Shown here in pieces: positions 1-16,769 of a stretch of DNA of 64,000 nt. The notes beneath the pieces are model-generated. The model was not told the origin of the DNA, did no database searches, and saw nothing but the letters and a program-made list of their open reading frames with translations. A program made the translations under genes and the position numbers. The stretch is taken from the NCBI GenBank assembly GCA_963555995.3, contig OY821641.1:1472001-1536000 (forward strand), written 5' to 3'. Position 1 is the first letter of the stretch. The number at the start of each line of letters is the position of its first letter. Origin of the DNA: Vicinamibacteria bacterium. GTDB lineage: Bacteria > Acidobacteriota > Vicinamibacteria > Marinacidobacterales > Marinacidobacteraceae.

Positions 1-1
1 C

Positions 2-1453
2 GCCGAACTGCCGACGTGGCGCGCCCGGCTGGATGCACTCGCGCCCGGGAGCTGGCCGGTTTCCGAGCAGATTGACTGGCACCTGCTCCGCGCCGAGATA
101 AACGGGCTCGACTTCGACCACCGGGTGCGGCGGCCGTGGGCCCGCGACCCGGGCTTCTACGTGCAGGTCTTCGCGGCCCAGAGCGACGTGCCGGCCCACG
201 AAGGGCCGGTGCTCCACGGGTTCATTGACCTGTGGACCTACGACTACCCCCTCTCCGACGCGGACGCGGCCGAACTGGCGACGCGGATCGGGACGGTCCC
301 CGGGGTGCTGGCGCAGGCGAAGGAGAACCTCGCGGCATCGAACGCCCGCGACCTCTGGCTCGGCGGGTTCCGCTACTTCCGGAACCAGGCCGCCGATCTC
401 ACCGCCTTCGGCGAGCGGGTGGCGGGAACGAGCGCCGAACTGGATGCGGCCGTGGAGGCCGCGCACGCCGCCACCGTGGACTTCCGCGAGTTCCTCGAGG
501 CGGAGGCGGACTCGAAGACCGGCCCCTCGGGAGTGGGCGCCGAGAACTACACCTGGGCGATGCGGCACGTGCACCTGCTGCCCTGGTCGTGGAAGCAGAT
601 CGTGACCATCATGGAGCGGGAGCTGGCCCGCTCGCACTCCTCGATGCGCCTCGAGGAGAACCGGAACCGGGCGCTGCCCGAGCTGGAGCGGATCGCCTCC
701 GCCGAGGAGTTCGACCGGCGGCTCAACGAGTCGGTGGACCGCTACCTGGAGTTCCTGACGCGCGAGGAGGTCCAGACCGTCGAGGACTACATGGATCCCG
801 CGCTCCGGGCGGTGAACGGGACCTTCCAGCCGCTCGAGGACCCGGACGACCTGCGGAACTTCTTCAGCGAGGTGAACTACCGGGACCCCGACGCCTTTCG
901 CCCCCACATGCACCACTGGATCGAACTGGCGGCGATGCGGGACGCGCCCCACCTGAGCCCCGTCCGCGCGGTCCCGTCGCTGTCCAACATCTACGCGTTC
1001 CGCTCGGAGGGCCTCGCCACCGGGGTCGAGGAGATGTTCATGCACCTCGGCCTCCTGGAGGGTTCCCCGCGGTCGCGGGAGCTGACCTGGATCATGCTCG
1101 CCCAGCGGGCGGCGCGCGCCATCAGCGGGCTGCACCTCCACGGCGGCGGCTTCGACATGGAAGAGGCGGTCGCCTACGCGATGAAGTGGACGCCGCGCGG
1201 CTGGCTCACCGAGGGCGCCCTGGTGCGCGGCGAGCAGAGCCTCTACCTGCGCCAGCCCGGTTACGGGACGAGCTACGTGATCGGCAAGATCCAGATCGAG
1301 CAACTGCTCGCCGAGGTGGCAGTGCTGGAGGGCGACGACTTCAGCGTCAAGGACTTCTTCGACCGGTTCTACGCGGCGGGGGTGATTCCGGTCACCCTGG
1401 CGCGCTGGGAGATGACGGGCGAGAAGGACCCGGTTCTGGATCTCCGGCCCTGA
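2..1453 (+). CDS. DUF885-family protein (5'-truncated by window edge)
   Basis: Frame is open from base 2 (AELPTWRARLDAL...) to TGA at 1453. C-terminal motifs HMHH, SEGLATGVEE and QPGYGTSYVIGKIQI resemble DUF885 metallopeptidase-like proteins. Confidence 0.7.
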   Translation, partial: AELPTWRARLDALAPGSWPVSEQIDWHLLRAEINGLDFDHRVRRPWARDPGFYVQVFAAQSDVPAHEGPVLHGFIDLWTYDYPLSDADAAELATRIGTVPGVLAQAKENLAASNARDLWLGGFRYFRNQAADLTAFGERVAGTSAELDAAVEAAHAATVDFREFLEAEADSKTGPSGVGAENYTWAMRHVHLLPWSWKQIVTIMERELARSHSSMRLEENRNRALPELERIASAEEFDRRLNESVDRYLEFLTREEVQTVEDYMDPALRAVNGTFQPLEDPDDLRNFFSEVNYRDPDAFRPHMHHWIELAAMRDAPHLSPVRAVPSLSNIYAFRSEGLATGVEEMFMHLGLLEGSPRSRELTWIMLAQRAARAISGLHLHGGGFDMEEAVAYAMKWTPRGWLTEGALVRGEQSLYLRQPGYGTSYVIGKIQIEQLLAEVAVLEGDDFSVKDFFDRFYAAGVIPVTLARWEMTGEKDPVLDLRP

Positions 1454-1530
1454 GAGCGCGGCGAGACTCCAGGAGCGCCGTCCAGTTGCGGTGAAAATGC
1501 AGTCCCGCGCGTTCTCCAAAGAGCCGTGTG

Positions 1531-1714
1531 GGCACCGCCGGCTTGGAGCGCCGGCTTCAGCCGGCACTGCGGCCCGCAGGGCCGCGGGCGGTTCGTCGCT
1601 ACCCCGGGTGCGTTGGCGCGCGCAGCCGAGCCATCCCGGCGCATGAGGTTCGTCTCGCCGCCCGCCTTCGGCGGGCTGTGCCGGCTGAAGCCGGCGTTCC
1701 AAGCCGGCGGCGCC
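1531..1714. repeat. Family A REPIN-like element (inverted pair of palindromic units)
   Basis: ggcaccgccggcttggagcgccggcttcagccggcac (1531-1567) is inverted to gtgccggctgaagccggcgttccaagccggcggcgcc (1678-1714). The spacer is homologous to the copy at 34626-34796. Confidence 0.85.
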
Positions 1715-1863
1715 ATCACGCCGCCTCGCCGACCCGTGGGACTGCGTTTACACAGCAAAGCAGAAGCGCCCGTCTCAGACCGGCATCGCTCCCCGACGGG
1801 GAGCGGAGTGTGAACACCGGCGCTCCGTGCCTGCGACGCGCGGCGGTGGGATACTTCGCGGCC

Positions 1864-2976
1864 GTGACGAGGAAGACCCTCCTCCCGCTCGCCGGCGTGC
1901 TGCTGTTCGCCGCGCCGGGGCGGGCGTCCACCGAGCCCTTCCGGCTCGGGACCTTCGAGCATCGCGGCGAGGCGTTCCTCGGCATCGTCCTCCGCGACGC
2001 CTGGGCGGTGGACCTCTCCGGGGCGAACGCCTCGCTCGAACGGCACAACCGGATGTGGGTGCGCCTTCCCATGCCGGAGGACATGACGGAACTGGCCGGG
2101 CGGTGGCATCTCGGCATGCGTGACCGCGTGCACGCCATCGTGGACCAGGTGGTCCCGCTGCTGGAGCGCCCCGCGGACGAACGCCCGCTCTGGATCCACG
2201 ACCTCGAGGGGCTCCACGTCTTCCCGCCGGTCCGCCCCGGCCTCATCCTGGCCACCGCGCTCAACTACCCGGCGCATGGCGTCGAGATGACCACCGGCGC
2301 GCCGGCGGCGATGTCGGACGCCTCGGCGCTCGACGACCAGCAGGTCTCGATGGACCACTTCTGGGAGCGCGAGCCGGGCGACCGCCGCCAGAACCCCTAC
2401 CTCTTCATGAAGCCGGGGAGCATCGCCATCGGCCACGGCGAGCCGATCCTGATGAAGCCGGAGCGGGAGATGGTGGACTGGGAGTGCGAGCTCGCGGTGG
2501 TGATCGGCCGGCCGGCGAGCGACGTGGAGGCGGAAGACGCCGGCGCCCACATCTTCGGCTACACGATGATGAACGACGTGGGCGACCGGGAGGGCCGGGG
2601 GGACGACCGCTACGGGTCCGACTGGCTGGTCTGGAAGTCCACGGAGACGTTCGCGCCGCTCGGACCGTTCATCACTCCGGCCGAGTTCGTGACCGACGCC
2701 CACGACCTCGACATCCGTTTCACCCTGTCGGGCGAGATCATGCAGGACGCCAACACCGGGCTGATGGAGCACCGGATCCCCGAACTCATCCAGTTCGCCT
2801 CCCACAACCTGATCCTGCGGCCGGGGGACGTGATCGCCACCGGGACCCCGGACGGCGTGGGCTACGCCCGCACCCCGCCCATCTTCATGAAGCCCGGCGA
2901 CACCGCCGCCTGCTGGGCCGAGGGGATCGGCACCCTCGTGAACCCGGTGCGCGCGTGGGCGGACGCCATCCGCTGA
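1864..2976 (+). CDS. Fumarylacetoacetate hydrolase (FAH) family protein with N-terminal signal peptide
   Basis: Motifs ALNY, PYLFMK, DWECELAVVIG, GYTMMNDV, WKSTETFAPLGP, PGDVIATGTPDGVG. GTG at 1864 precedes a signal-like MTRKTLLPLAGVLLFAAPGRA; start is inferred. Confidence 0.85.
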   Translation: MTRKTLLPLAGVLLFAAPGRASTEPFRLGTFEHRGEAFLGIVLRDAWAVDLSGANASLERHNRMWVRLPMPEDMTELAGRWHLGMRDRVHAIVDQVVPLLERPADERPLWIHDLEGLHVFPPVRPGLILATALNYPAHGVEMTTGAPAAMSDASALDDQQVSMDHFWEREPGDRRQNPYLFMKPGSIAIGHGEPILMKPEREMVDWECELAVVIGRPASDVEAEDAGAHIFGYTMMNDVGDREGRGDDRYGSDWLVWKSTETFAPLGPFITPAEFVTDAHDLDIRFTLSGEIMQDANTGLMEHRIPELIQFASHNLILRPGDVIATGTPDGVGYARTPPIFMKPGDTAACWAEGIGTLVNPVRAWADAIR

Positions 2977-2992
2977 CCGACGGAGAGCGCCC

Positions 2993-4126
<1,134 letters not shown>

Positions 4127-4132
4127 CTCTTC

Positions 4133-5266
4133 TTGATCCAGGACCCCTTCGGGATCTTCCTGGCGCTCGCCGCGTCGGTGTTCCTCGCCGTCTGGCTGGA
4201 GCGGAACTACCGCTTCTTCCGGTCGCTGAGCGCGGGGCTCTTGTGCCTCCTCTTCGGGATGGTCCTGTCGAATACCGGACTCCTGGTGGGCGAGGCGGAG
4301 AGCTACGAGCAGATCTCGAACATCTGGATCAACGCCGCGATCGTGCTGGTGCTCCTCAACGTGGACCTGCGGTCGGTGCTGAGGGCCGGGAAGGCGATGC
4401 TCACCGCGTTCGGGCTCGGGGCGCTCGGCACCATGCTGGGGACCTTCCTCGCCACGGTCCTGCTCGCCGACGCGCTGGGTCCCGAGGCGTGGAAGCTCAC
4501 CGGCCAGTTCACCGGGACCTACATCGGGGGCAGCGCCAACTTCTACGCGCTGGCCGCGGCCTTCGAGACCGACCCGAACCTCATGTCGGGGGCGCTCGCC
4601 GCCGACGTGATCGTGACCAGCATCTGGCTCGCCGCCTGTATCGCGATCCCGGCGCTGCTGCGGGGAGGGAGGGATCTCGACCCGCCCCGTCCGCGGGAGG
4701 GGCCGCTGACGCTCGAACAGCGGCTCAACGAGAGCGGCGACAGCCTCCGGATGCTGGACTTCTTCGGGCTGGCGGCGATCACGCTCGGGACCATGGTCGC
4801 GTCGCGCCTGATCGCGGCGGCGTGGCCGGTGATCCCGTCGGTCCTCTGGCTGACGACCATCACCCTGGTCCTCGGCCACCTCGGTCCGGTGCGGAAGCTC
4901 CGGGGGGCGCCGGTGCTCGGGAACTCGCTGCTCTACCTGTTCCTCGCCGCCAACGGGGCGCGGTCGCTGGTGTCCGAGATGTTCGCGGCGGGAGCGGTGC
5001 TCTTCTGGTTCGCGGCCCTCATCGTCGCCGTCCACGGACTCGTGATCTTCGGGGTGGGACGGCTGCTCCGGATTGACGCCGGGACCCTCTCGGTGGCGTC
5101 CCAGGCGAACATCGGCGGCGCCGCCTCGGCGGTGGCGATTGCCTCCGCGCGCGGCTACGCCATCCAGATGCTCCCCGGCATCGCGGTGGCGCTCGCCGGC
5201 TACGCGGTGGGGAACTACTTCGGGTTCGGGATGGGCGTGCTGGCGCGGTCGCTGCTCGGGGGTTAG
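4133..5266 (+). CDS. DUF819-family multi-pass membrane protein, paralogue 2
   Basis: 377 aa, colinear with and very similar to 2993-4126 (GTYIGGSANF, ASQANIGGAASA). TTG start. Confidence 0.75.
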   Translation: MIQDPFGIFLALAASVFLAVWLERNYRFFRSLSAGLLCLLFGMVLSNTGLLVGEAESYEQISNIWINAAIVLVLLNVDLRSVLRAGKAMLTAFGLGALGTMLGTFLATVLLADALGPEAWKLTGQFTGTYIGGSANFYALAAAFETDPNLMSGALAADVIVTSIWLAACIAIPALLRGGRDLDPPRPREGPLTLEQRLNESGDSLRMLDFFGLAAITLGTMVASRLIAAAWPVIPSVLWLTTITLVLGHLGPVRKLRGAPVLGNSLLYLFLAANGARSLVSEMFAAGAVLFWFAALIVAVHGLVIFGVGRLLRIDAGTLSVASQANIGGAASAVAIASARGYAIQMLPGIAVALAGYAVGNYFGFGMGVLARSLLGG

Positions 5267-5949
5267 CGGGGGGCCGGACGTTTCCCCACCGCGACCACCA
5301 TCGGGCCTTCGGTCCACACCTGTTCCACTTCGAATCCGGCGGCGCGCATGGCCGCGGCTTCCACCTCTTGCGGGAAGTAGGTGTCCTCTTCCTGCCATTC
5401 GGCGAAGTGCCGGTAGGCGCGCTCCTCGGGAATCCCGCACGACACCAGGTGGGCGGCCCAGGCGCGCCACACGGGCTCCCGGGCGTCGGGTTCCGCTGGC
5501 ATCGTGGCGTCGGCGTTCACGAAGACGCCGCCCGGACGGAGACAGTCGTGGATCCGGGCGAAGAGCCGCCGCTTTTCGTCCATGGTGGGGACGTGGTGGA
5601 GGGCGAGCGAGGCGGCGACCGCGTCGGCATCGGGGAGCGGATCGTCGAAGGACGCCTCCCGGAACCGCGTCCGGGCGCCGAATCCGGCAAGGCGTTCCCG
5701 CGCCACCGCCAGCATTTCGGGGTCCACGTCCACCAACTCGACCACGGCGCGCGGCGCCGCCCGGAGGATGGCCTCCGAGAGGGCGCCGGTGCCGCCGCCG
5801 AGGTCGAGGACGTGCTCCGGATCCACCCGCGCGATCTCCGTGGCGGAGGCTGCGAGCATCGCCTCGTAGCCGGGGATAAACCGCCGGATGGCCTCGTCGT
5901 AGGCAGCGATCTCGACGCGGAGGTGGCGGCTGACGGAGTGGCGGGACAT
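5263..5949 (-). CDS. Class I SAM-dependent methyltransferase
   Basis: VLDLGGGTG motif I, VDVDPEML, ASLALHH, LRPGGVFVNAD. Confidence 0.85.
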   Translation of the reverse strand: MSRHSVSRHLRVEIAAYDEAIRRFIPGYEAMLAASATEIARVDPEHVLDLGGGTGALSEAILRAAPRAVVELVDVDPEMLAVARERLAGFGARTRFREASFDDPLPDADAVAASLALHHVPTMDEKRRLFARIHDCLRPGGVFVNADATMPAEPDAREPVWRAWAAHLVSCGIPEERAYRHFAEWQEEDTYFPQEVEAAAMRAAGFEVEQVWTEGPMVVAVGKRPAPR

Positions 5950-6100
5950 GACGGCGGATTCTTGCAGCAGCGTCCGTCAGGAGAATGCGGCTGCGACTCT
6001 CGCAGCCGGCGGCAAGGGAATTTCGCGGTCCTTTCGGGCGGCGATGCCGGAGGCCGGCGTTCCGGGGCGTGCGAGCCGTGAGGATGGGTGGGGTTGCGAG

Positions 6101-6156
6101 GTGCGCGGCGCGGAGCGCCGCGCGTGCCGGTCTGGAGACCGGCGTTCCAAGCCGGC
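6101..6156 (-). repeat. Family A unit (single copy)
   Basis: Reverse complement reads ggcttggaacgccggtctccagaccggcacgcgcggcgctccgcgccgcgcac, matching the first ~52 bp of the 83-bp tandem unit at 26602. Confidence 0.85.
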
Positions 6157-6180
6157 GCGCCGCAGAGCTGGTCCGTGTCC

Positions 6181-13198
<7,018 letters not shown>

Positions 13199-13256
13199 GG
13201 CGAACGGTCGCTCCGGTGTTGGGAAGCCCAATGGTACCGGCCCCGTGACGCACACT

Positions 13257-13296
13257 CGGAGCGCCGGCCTCTGGCCGGCATCGCGCGGGAGCGCGA
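13257..13296 (+). repeat. Family A unit (single copy)
   Basis: ggagcgccggcctctggccggcatcgcgcgggagcgcg: same GGAG-GCCGG..CCGGCA hairpin followed by a second hairpin. Confidence 0.65.
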
Positions 13297-13341
13297 AACC
13301 AGCGCTGGTGGCGCTGCGCCCTGCCAGTACGAAGTGCTCGC

Positions 13342-13569
13342 TCACTGGGCCAGCTTCCGGTACAGCTCGTCGTACTCCTCGCGGCTCGTCCGGTAAGCGG
13401 CCATGACATGCGGCCGGGCGCGGCCCGGCTGTCGCTTCTCGACCAGGTCCGCGAGCGCCTCCTCCACGAGCACCGGAAGCTCCTGGCCATCTTTCGCGGC
13501 GATCTCTTGGAGCTGCGCCAAGGTCTCGGCGCTGATTTCCAAGGTGATCGCTTGACGCTTCGACGACAT
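13342..13569 (-). CDS. Small ribbon-helix-helix-like putative antitoxin (orphan)
   Basis: 75 aa MSSKRQAITLEISAETLAQLQEIAAKDGQELPVLVEEALADLVEKR...RPHVMAAYRTSREEYDELYRKLAQ. It resembles small proteins encoded upstream of Doc/Fic toxins (recalled similarity). Confidence 0.6.
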   Translation of the reverse strand: MSSKRQAITLEISAETLAQLQEIAAKDGQELPVLVEEALADLVEKRQPGRARPHVMAAYRTSREEYDELYRKLAQ

Positions 13570-13667
13570 GTTCGTTCTCCCCCGCGGGAGCGATGGCACG
13601 ATACGTCATCGTGCCGTACAACACCCCAATACCCACCCATTTGCCGTCCTGTCCGAGGGGGTTCGCC

Positions 13668-15557
13668 GTGTCGGAAGCCCTTCTCCAGTTGACCGTCTGC
13701 GTCACGGCCCTCGCCCTTGCCGCCTGCGGCGCCCCGGGCGGTGAAGGTCCGGGCAATGCCCGGGTTCCCCTCACGCTCGAGAACATCTACCGGGACGCCC
13801 GGGGCGGAGGGTTCACCGCCGCCATCTCGCCCGACGGCCGCTGGGTGGCGGCGGTCGCCGAGAGCGCCGACGGACGGGGCATCCACCTGCTGGACCTCAC
13901 CGAGGATCCTCCGGTCGCGCGGTTCTGGCTCACCGGCGGCTCGCCGGCCTGGTCGGCGGACAGCCGCCACATCGCGTTCCTCCGCGACGGGAATCTCTTC
14001 CGTGCCCCGGTCGGCGATCCGGACGCCGTCCAGCTCACCGACGGACTTGAAGGCGTCCGCGCTCCGGCCTGGTCGCCCGGCAGCGAGACCGTCGCGGTGA
14101 TGGCGAGCGCGAGCGGCAGCCAGGACGTGTGGCTCGTGCCGGCGGGGGGCGGCGACCCGCGCCAGCTCACCTCGGACGCGATGACCGCCGACGAGGTCCG
14201 CTTCGGCGTCTCCTGGTCGCCGGACGGCGGGACGGTCGCCTACGTCGGGAACAAGGCGGACTACCGCGCCGACGATGTCTGGCTCGCCGACGTCGCGACC
14301 GGCGACGAACGCCGGCTCACCACCTCGATCCGCGCCATCTCCGCGGTCCCGGCGTGGTCTCCCGACGGCGGCCGGGTCGCGGTCCTCGGCGTGAAGAACG
14401 AGGAGTACTGGTATCTCGACATCGCCGATCTCTATCTCCTCGACCCGGCGGGCGGCCCGGAAGAGCCGCTCCCGATGTCGTCGTTCGCCACCGCCTACCG
14501 GTTCCGGCCCTTCTGGTCCGGAGACGGCGCGCGCCTGTTCTTCACCCACCAGGAGCGCGGCGAACACCACCTGTGGTCGGTTCCCGCCGCGGGCGGCGCG
14601 GCGACCCGGGTGACGAACCTGGGCGGGGTGTTCGGAAGCGTCACCGCGAGCGCCGGTGCGGAGCGCTTCGCCTTCGTGCGCTCTTCCGCCACCGAGGGTT
14701 CGGAGCTCTACACGGTTCCCGCGTCCGGCGGGCCGGCGGAGCGGCTGACCCGGCTGGCGCCGGTCTGGGACGGGGTCCAGTCGCCGCGCGAGATCTCCTA
14801 CCGCAGCTTCGACGGCCACTACATCCAGGGGTTCCTCTATCTCCCGCCGGAGGTCGAGGCCGGTGGCGTCTGTCCGGCACTGGTGCAGGTCCACGGCGGC
14901 GGGACGAACTCCTACCTGGCAGGTCCCAACCTGGCCGACCAGTACCTGGCCTCACGGGGCTTCGTGGTGCTCGCCGTGAACTACCGGGGCGGCTCGGGAT
15001 TCGGGCGGGAGTTCCAGGACCTCGGGGACGAGGACTGGCTGAACGAACAGGCCCTTGATCCCGGAGCGGCCGCCGACTGGTTGCGGGAGCAGCCGTACGT
15101 GGGCGGTCGGGTCGGAATCTACGGCTACAGCTACGGGGGAATGCAGAGCATGGCGGCGATCACCCGCACCCCGGACAAGTTCGACGCCGCCGCCCCGATG
15201 GCCGGCATCTACTCCGAGCGGCAGACCTTCGAGCACCAGGACCGGCTCGGCCAGATCTTCACGATCGACGGCCACGGGGGGCTCCCCGAGGAACGCCCCG
15301 AGATCTACGACAAGACCGAGACCATCGCCCGCATCGGCAACATCACCGCGCCGGTGCTGATCCAGCACGGGGACCGCGATGTCCGGGCGCCGTTCCTGAA
15401 CTTCGAACTCGCGGTGGCCGCGTTCGAGGAACACGGAGTCGAGTACGAGGCCCACACCTACCCTGAGGGGCACGGCTTCCGCGACCCCGAGAACCGGATC
15501 GCGCTCTACCGCCGGGTGGAGGAGTTCTTCAGGCGCCAGTTGGGAAGCTGCCGCTGA
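13668..15557 (+). CDS. S9 family (prolyl oligopeptidase/acylaminoacyl peptidase-like) lipoprotein peptidase
   Basis: WSPDG propeller repeats, VHGGG, NYRGGSGFG, GYSYGG nucleophile, HGDRDVR, EGHGF; lipobox LALAAC; GAGGGG RBS before GTG at 13668. Confidence 0.9.
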   Translation: MSEALLQLTVCVTALALAACGAPGGEGPGNARVPLTLENIYRDARGGGFTAAISPDGRWVAAVAESADGRGIHLLDLTEDPPVARFWLTGGSPAWSADSRHIAFLRDGNLFRAPVGDPDAVQLTDGLEGVRAPAWSPGSETVAVMASASGSQDVWLVPAGGGDPRQLTSDAMTADEVRFGVSWSPDGGTVAYVGNKADYRADDVWLADVATGDERRLTTSIRAISAVPAWSPDGGRVAVLGVKNEEYWYLDIADLYLLDPAGGPEEPLPMSSFATAYRFRPFWSGDGARLFFTHQERGEHHLWSVPAAGGAATRVTNLGGVFGSVTASAGAERFAFVRSSATEGSELYTVPASGGPAERLTRLAPVWDGVQSPREISYRSFDGHYIQGFLYLPPEVEAGGVCPALVQVHGGGTNSYLAGPNLADQYLASRGFVVLAVNYRGGSGFGREFQDLGDEDWLNEQALDPGAAADWLREQPYVGGRVGIYGYSYGGMQSMAAITRTPDKFDAAAPMAGIYSERQTFEHQDRLGQIFTIDGHGGLPEERPEIYDKTETIARIGNITAPVLIQHGDRDVRAPFLNFELAVAAFEEHGVEYEAHTYPEGHGFRDPENRIALYRRVEEFFRRQLGSCR

Positions 15558-15569
15558 GGGGTGACGCAC

Positions 15570-15773
15570 ACGGCTTGGAACGCCGACCTCTGGTCGGCAC
15601 GCGGCGCGCAGCGCCGCAAGGCACGTACGACGGACTCGCGTGAAGGGCACGGCAGCGGGCGCCCGGCGGAAAAACTGGTGAGCGTTTCTGCCGTTGCCGG
15701 GAGGCGCCCCCGCGTCACACCGCCGCGGGCCTCCGGCCCGCTGTGCCGACCGGAGGTCGGCGTTCCAAGCCGT
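15570..15773. repeat. Family A REPIN-like inverted pair
   Basis: acggcttggaacgccgacctctggtcggcac (15570-15600) is inverted to gtgccgaccggaggtcggcgttccaagccgt (15743-15773). Confidence 0.85.
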
Positions 15774-15910
15774 TCTGCCATTTTCATGACTGGCGGGGTG
15801 CGCAGGAGGACACGCGCATGAACGTTTCTCCCGGTGGAGGGCGCCGCCCGGCCGGGTTTGCCGTGGCTGCCGCCACCTCGGCTGGTGTGGGTGAGCGACC
15901 GGACGTCGGG

Positions 15911-16351
15911 TTACGGGTCTTTCCAGGGATTCACCGTCCGGGCGCCGGTGTTCCGGAAGTCCCGGGTGTTGCGGGTGACGATGGTAAGGCCGCGGCGGAC
16001 CGCAACGGCGGCCAGGAAGGCGTCGGGAAGCTGAGCGTCGAGCGATTCTCCGCGCCTCCGTTTCTCCTCCATGATCCGGGCGCAGACCCGGGCGTCATCT
16101 ACGGTCCAGGGCAGCACCCGGTCTCGATAGGAATCCAGGACGTTTCGGAAACGGGTATCCAGCTCGCTCCGTCGGCGTCCGGCGGGGAGCTTTCGGATGC
16201 CATTGAGAACTTCCCAGACGGAAATCGCGGCGAGGCCTACCTGTTCGTTGGCGATCCGGGAAAGGAATCTGGCGACGCGGCGATCCGTCCGCGGCCGCAT
16301 CAGCTCGGAGGCGACGTTGGTGTCTAGTAGCCAGGAGAGCCGCGACGTCAC
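15911..16351 (-). CDS. PIN-domain toxin (VapC/FitB-like)
   Basis: WLLDTNVASE, ISVWEV, PDAFLAA, IVTRNTRDF, VNPW. GTG overlaps the antitoxin TGA. Confidence 0.9.
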   Translation of the reverse strand: MTSRLSWLLDTNVASELMRPRTDRRVARFLSRIANEQVGLAAISVWEVLNGIRKLPAGRRRSELDTRFRNVLDSYRDRVLPWTVDDARVCARIMEEKRRRGESLDAQLPDAFLAAVAVRRGLTIVTRNTRDFRNTGARTVNPWKDP

Positions 16352-16620
16352 TTCTCGTCTTCCAGCGGAAACTCGTCCTCGGGAAACTCCAGCGGCCGGT
16401 AGCCGTACTGGCCGCGGGGAGGCAGTTCGAACCCGTGCTCCGGCCCGAAGCATCGCAGCCAGATGTCGGTCACGCTTTCCTTGCGGGTACTTTCCTCGCG
16501 CTGCCTGCGGATCATCCGGCGCACGAACTCCTCCATGGAAATCCCGGCGTCTTTCGCCTCCGCCTTGAGCCAGATCTTCTCGGCCTCGTTCAGGCCGCGA
16601 ACGGTGATGGCAGAACCCAT
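16348..16620 (-). CDS. FitA/VapB-like ribbon-helix-helix antitoxin
   Basis: MGSAITVRGL...AGISMEEFVRRMI...FGPEHGFELPPR, directly upstream of and coupled to the PIN toxin. GGAGGT RBS. Confidence 0.8.
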   Translation of the reverse strand: MGSAITVRGLNEAEKIWLKAEAKDAGISMEEFVRRMIRRQREESTRKESVTDIWLRCFGPEHGFELPPRGQYGYRPLEFPEDEFPLEDEK

Positions 16621-16649
16621 GGCTGCACCTCCCGGAGGGAAAACGTGAA

Positions 16650-16670
16650 TGCTAGCATGGATTGCTAGCA
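16650..16670. promoter_or_regulatory. Putative antitoxin operator (two TGCTAGCA palindromes)
   Basis: TGCTAGCA-tggat-TGCTAGCA, 30 bp upstream of the antitoxin ATG. Confidence 0.6.
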
Positions 16671-16769
16671 CACGAATCCCGGTCTGGCCGACGCGGGTTC
16701 CCGCTTCCGTTGGCATCCCCCGCAGTACGATTCCCGTGCATCACGACCGTCCCACCCGAGGAGAATCCG

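Noticed and set aside
1526-1813. Small ORFs sharing motifs such as WNAGFSRH/CRLKPAFQAG or FRSEYTRYSSLTRLVS (also 20579, 34701, 50777, 57169)
   Set aside because: These are translations of repeat families A and B, not a protein family. Frames and starts are not conserved between copies.
5987-6008. Hairpin cggctgcga-ctc-tcgcagccg as an intrinsic terminator
   Set aside because: It has no poly-U tail on either strand and lies in a repeat-derived region.
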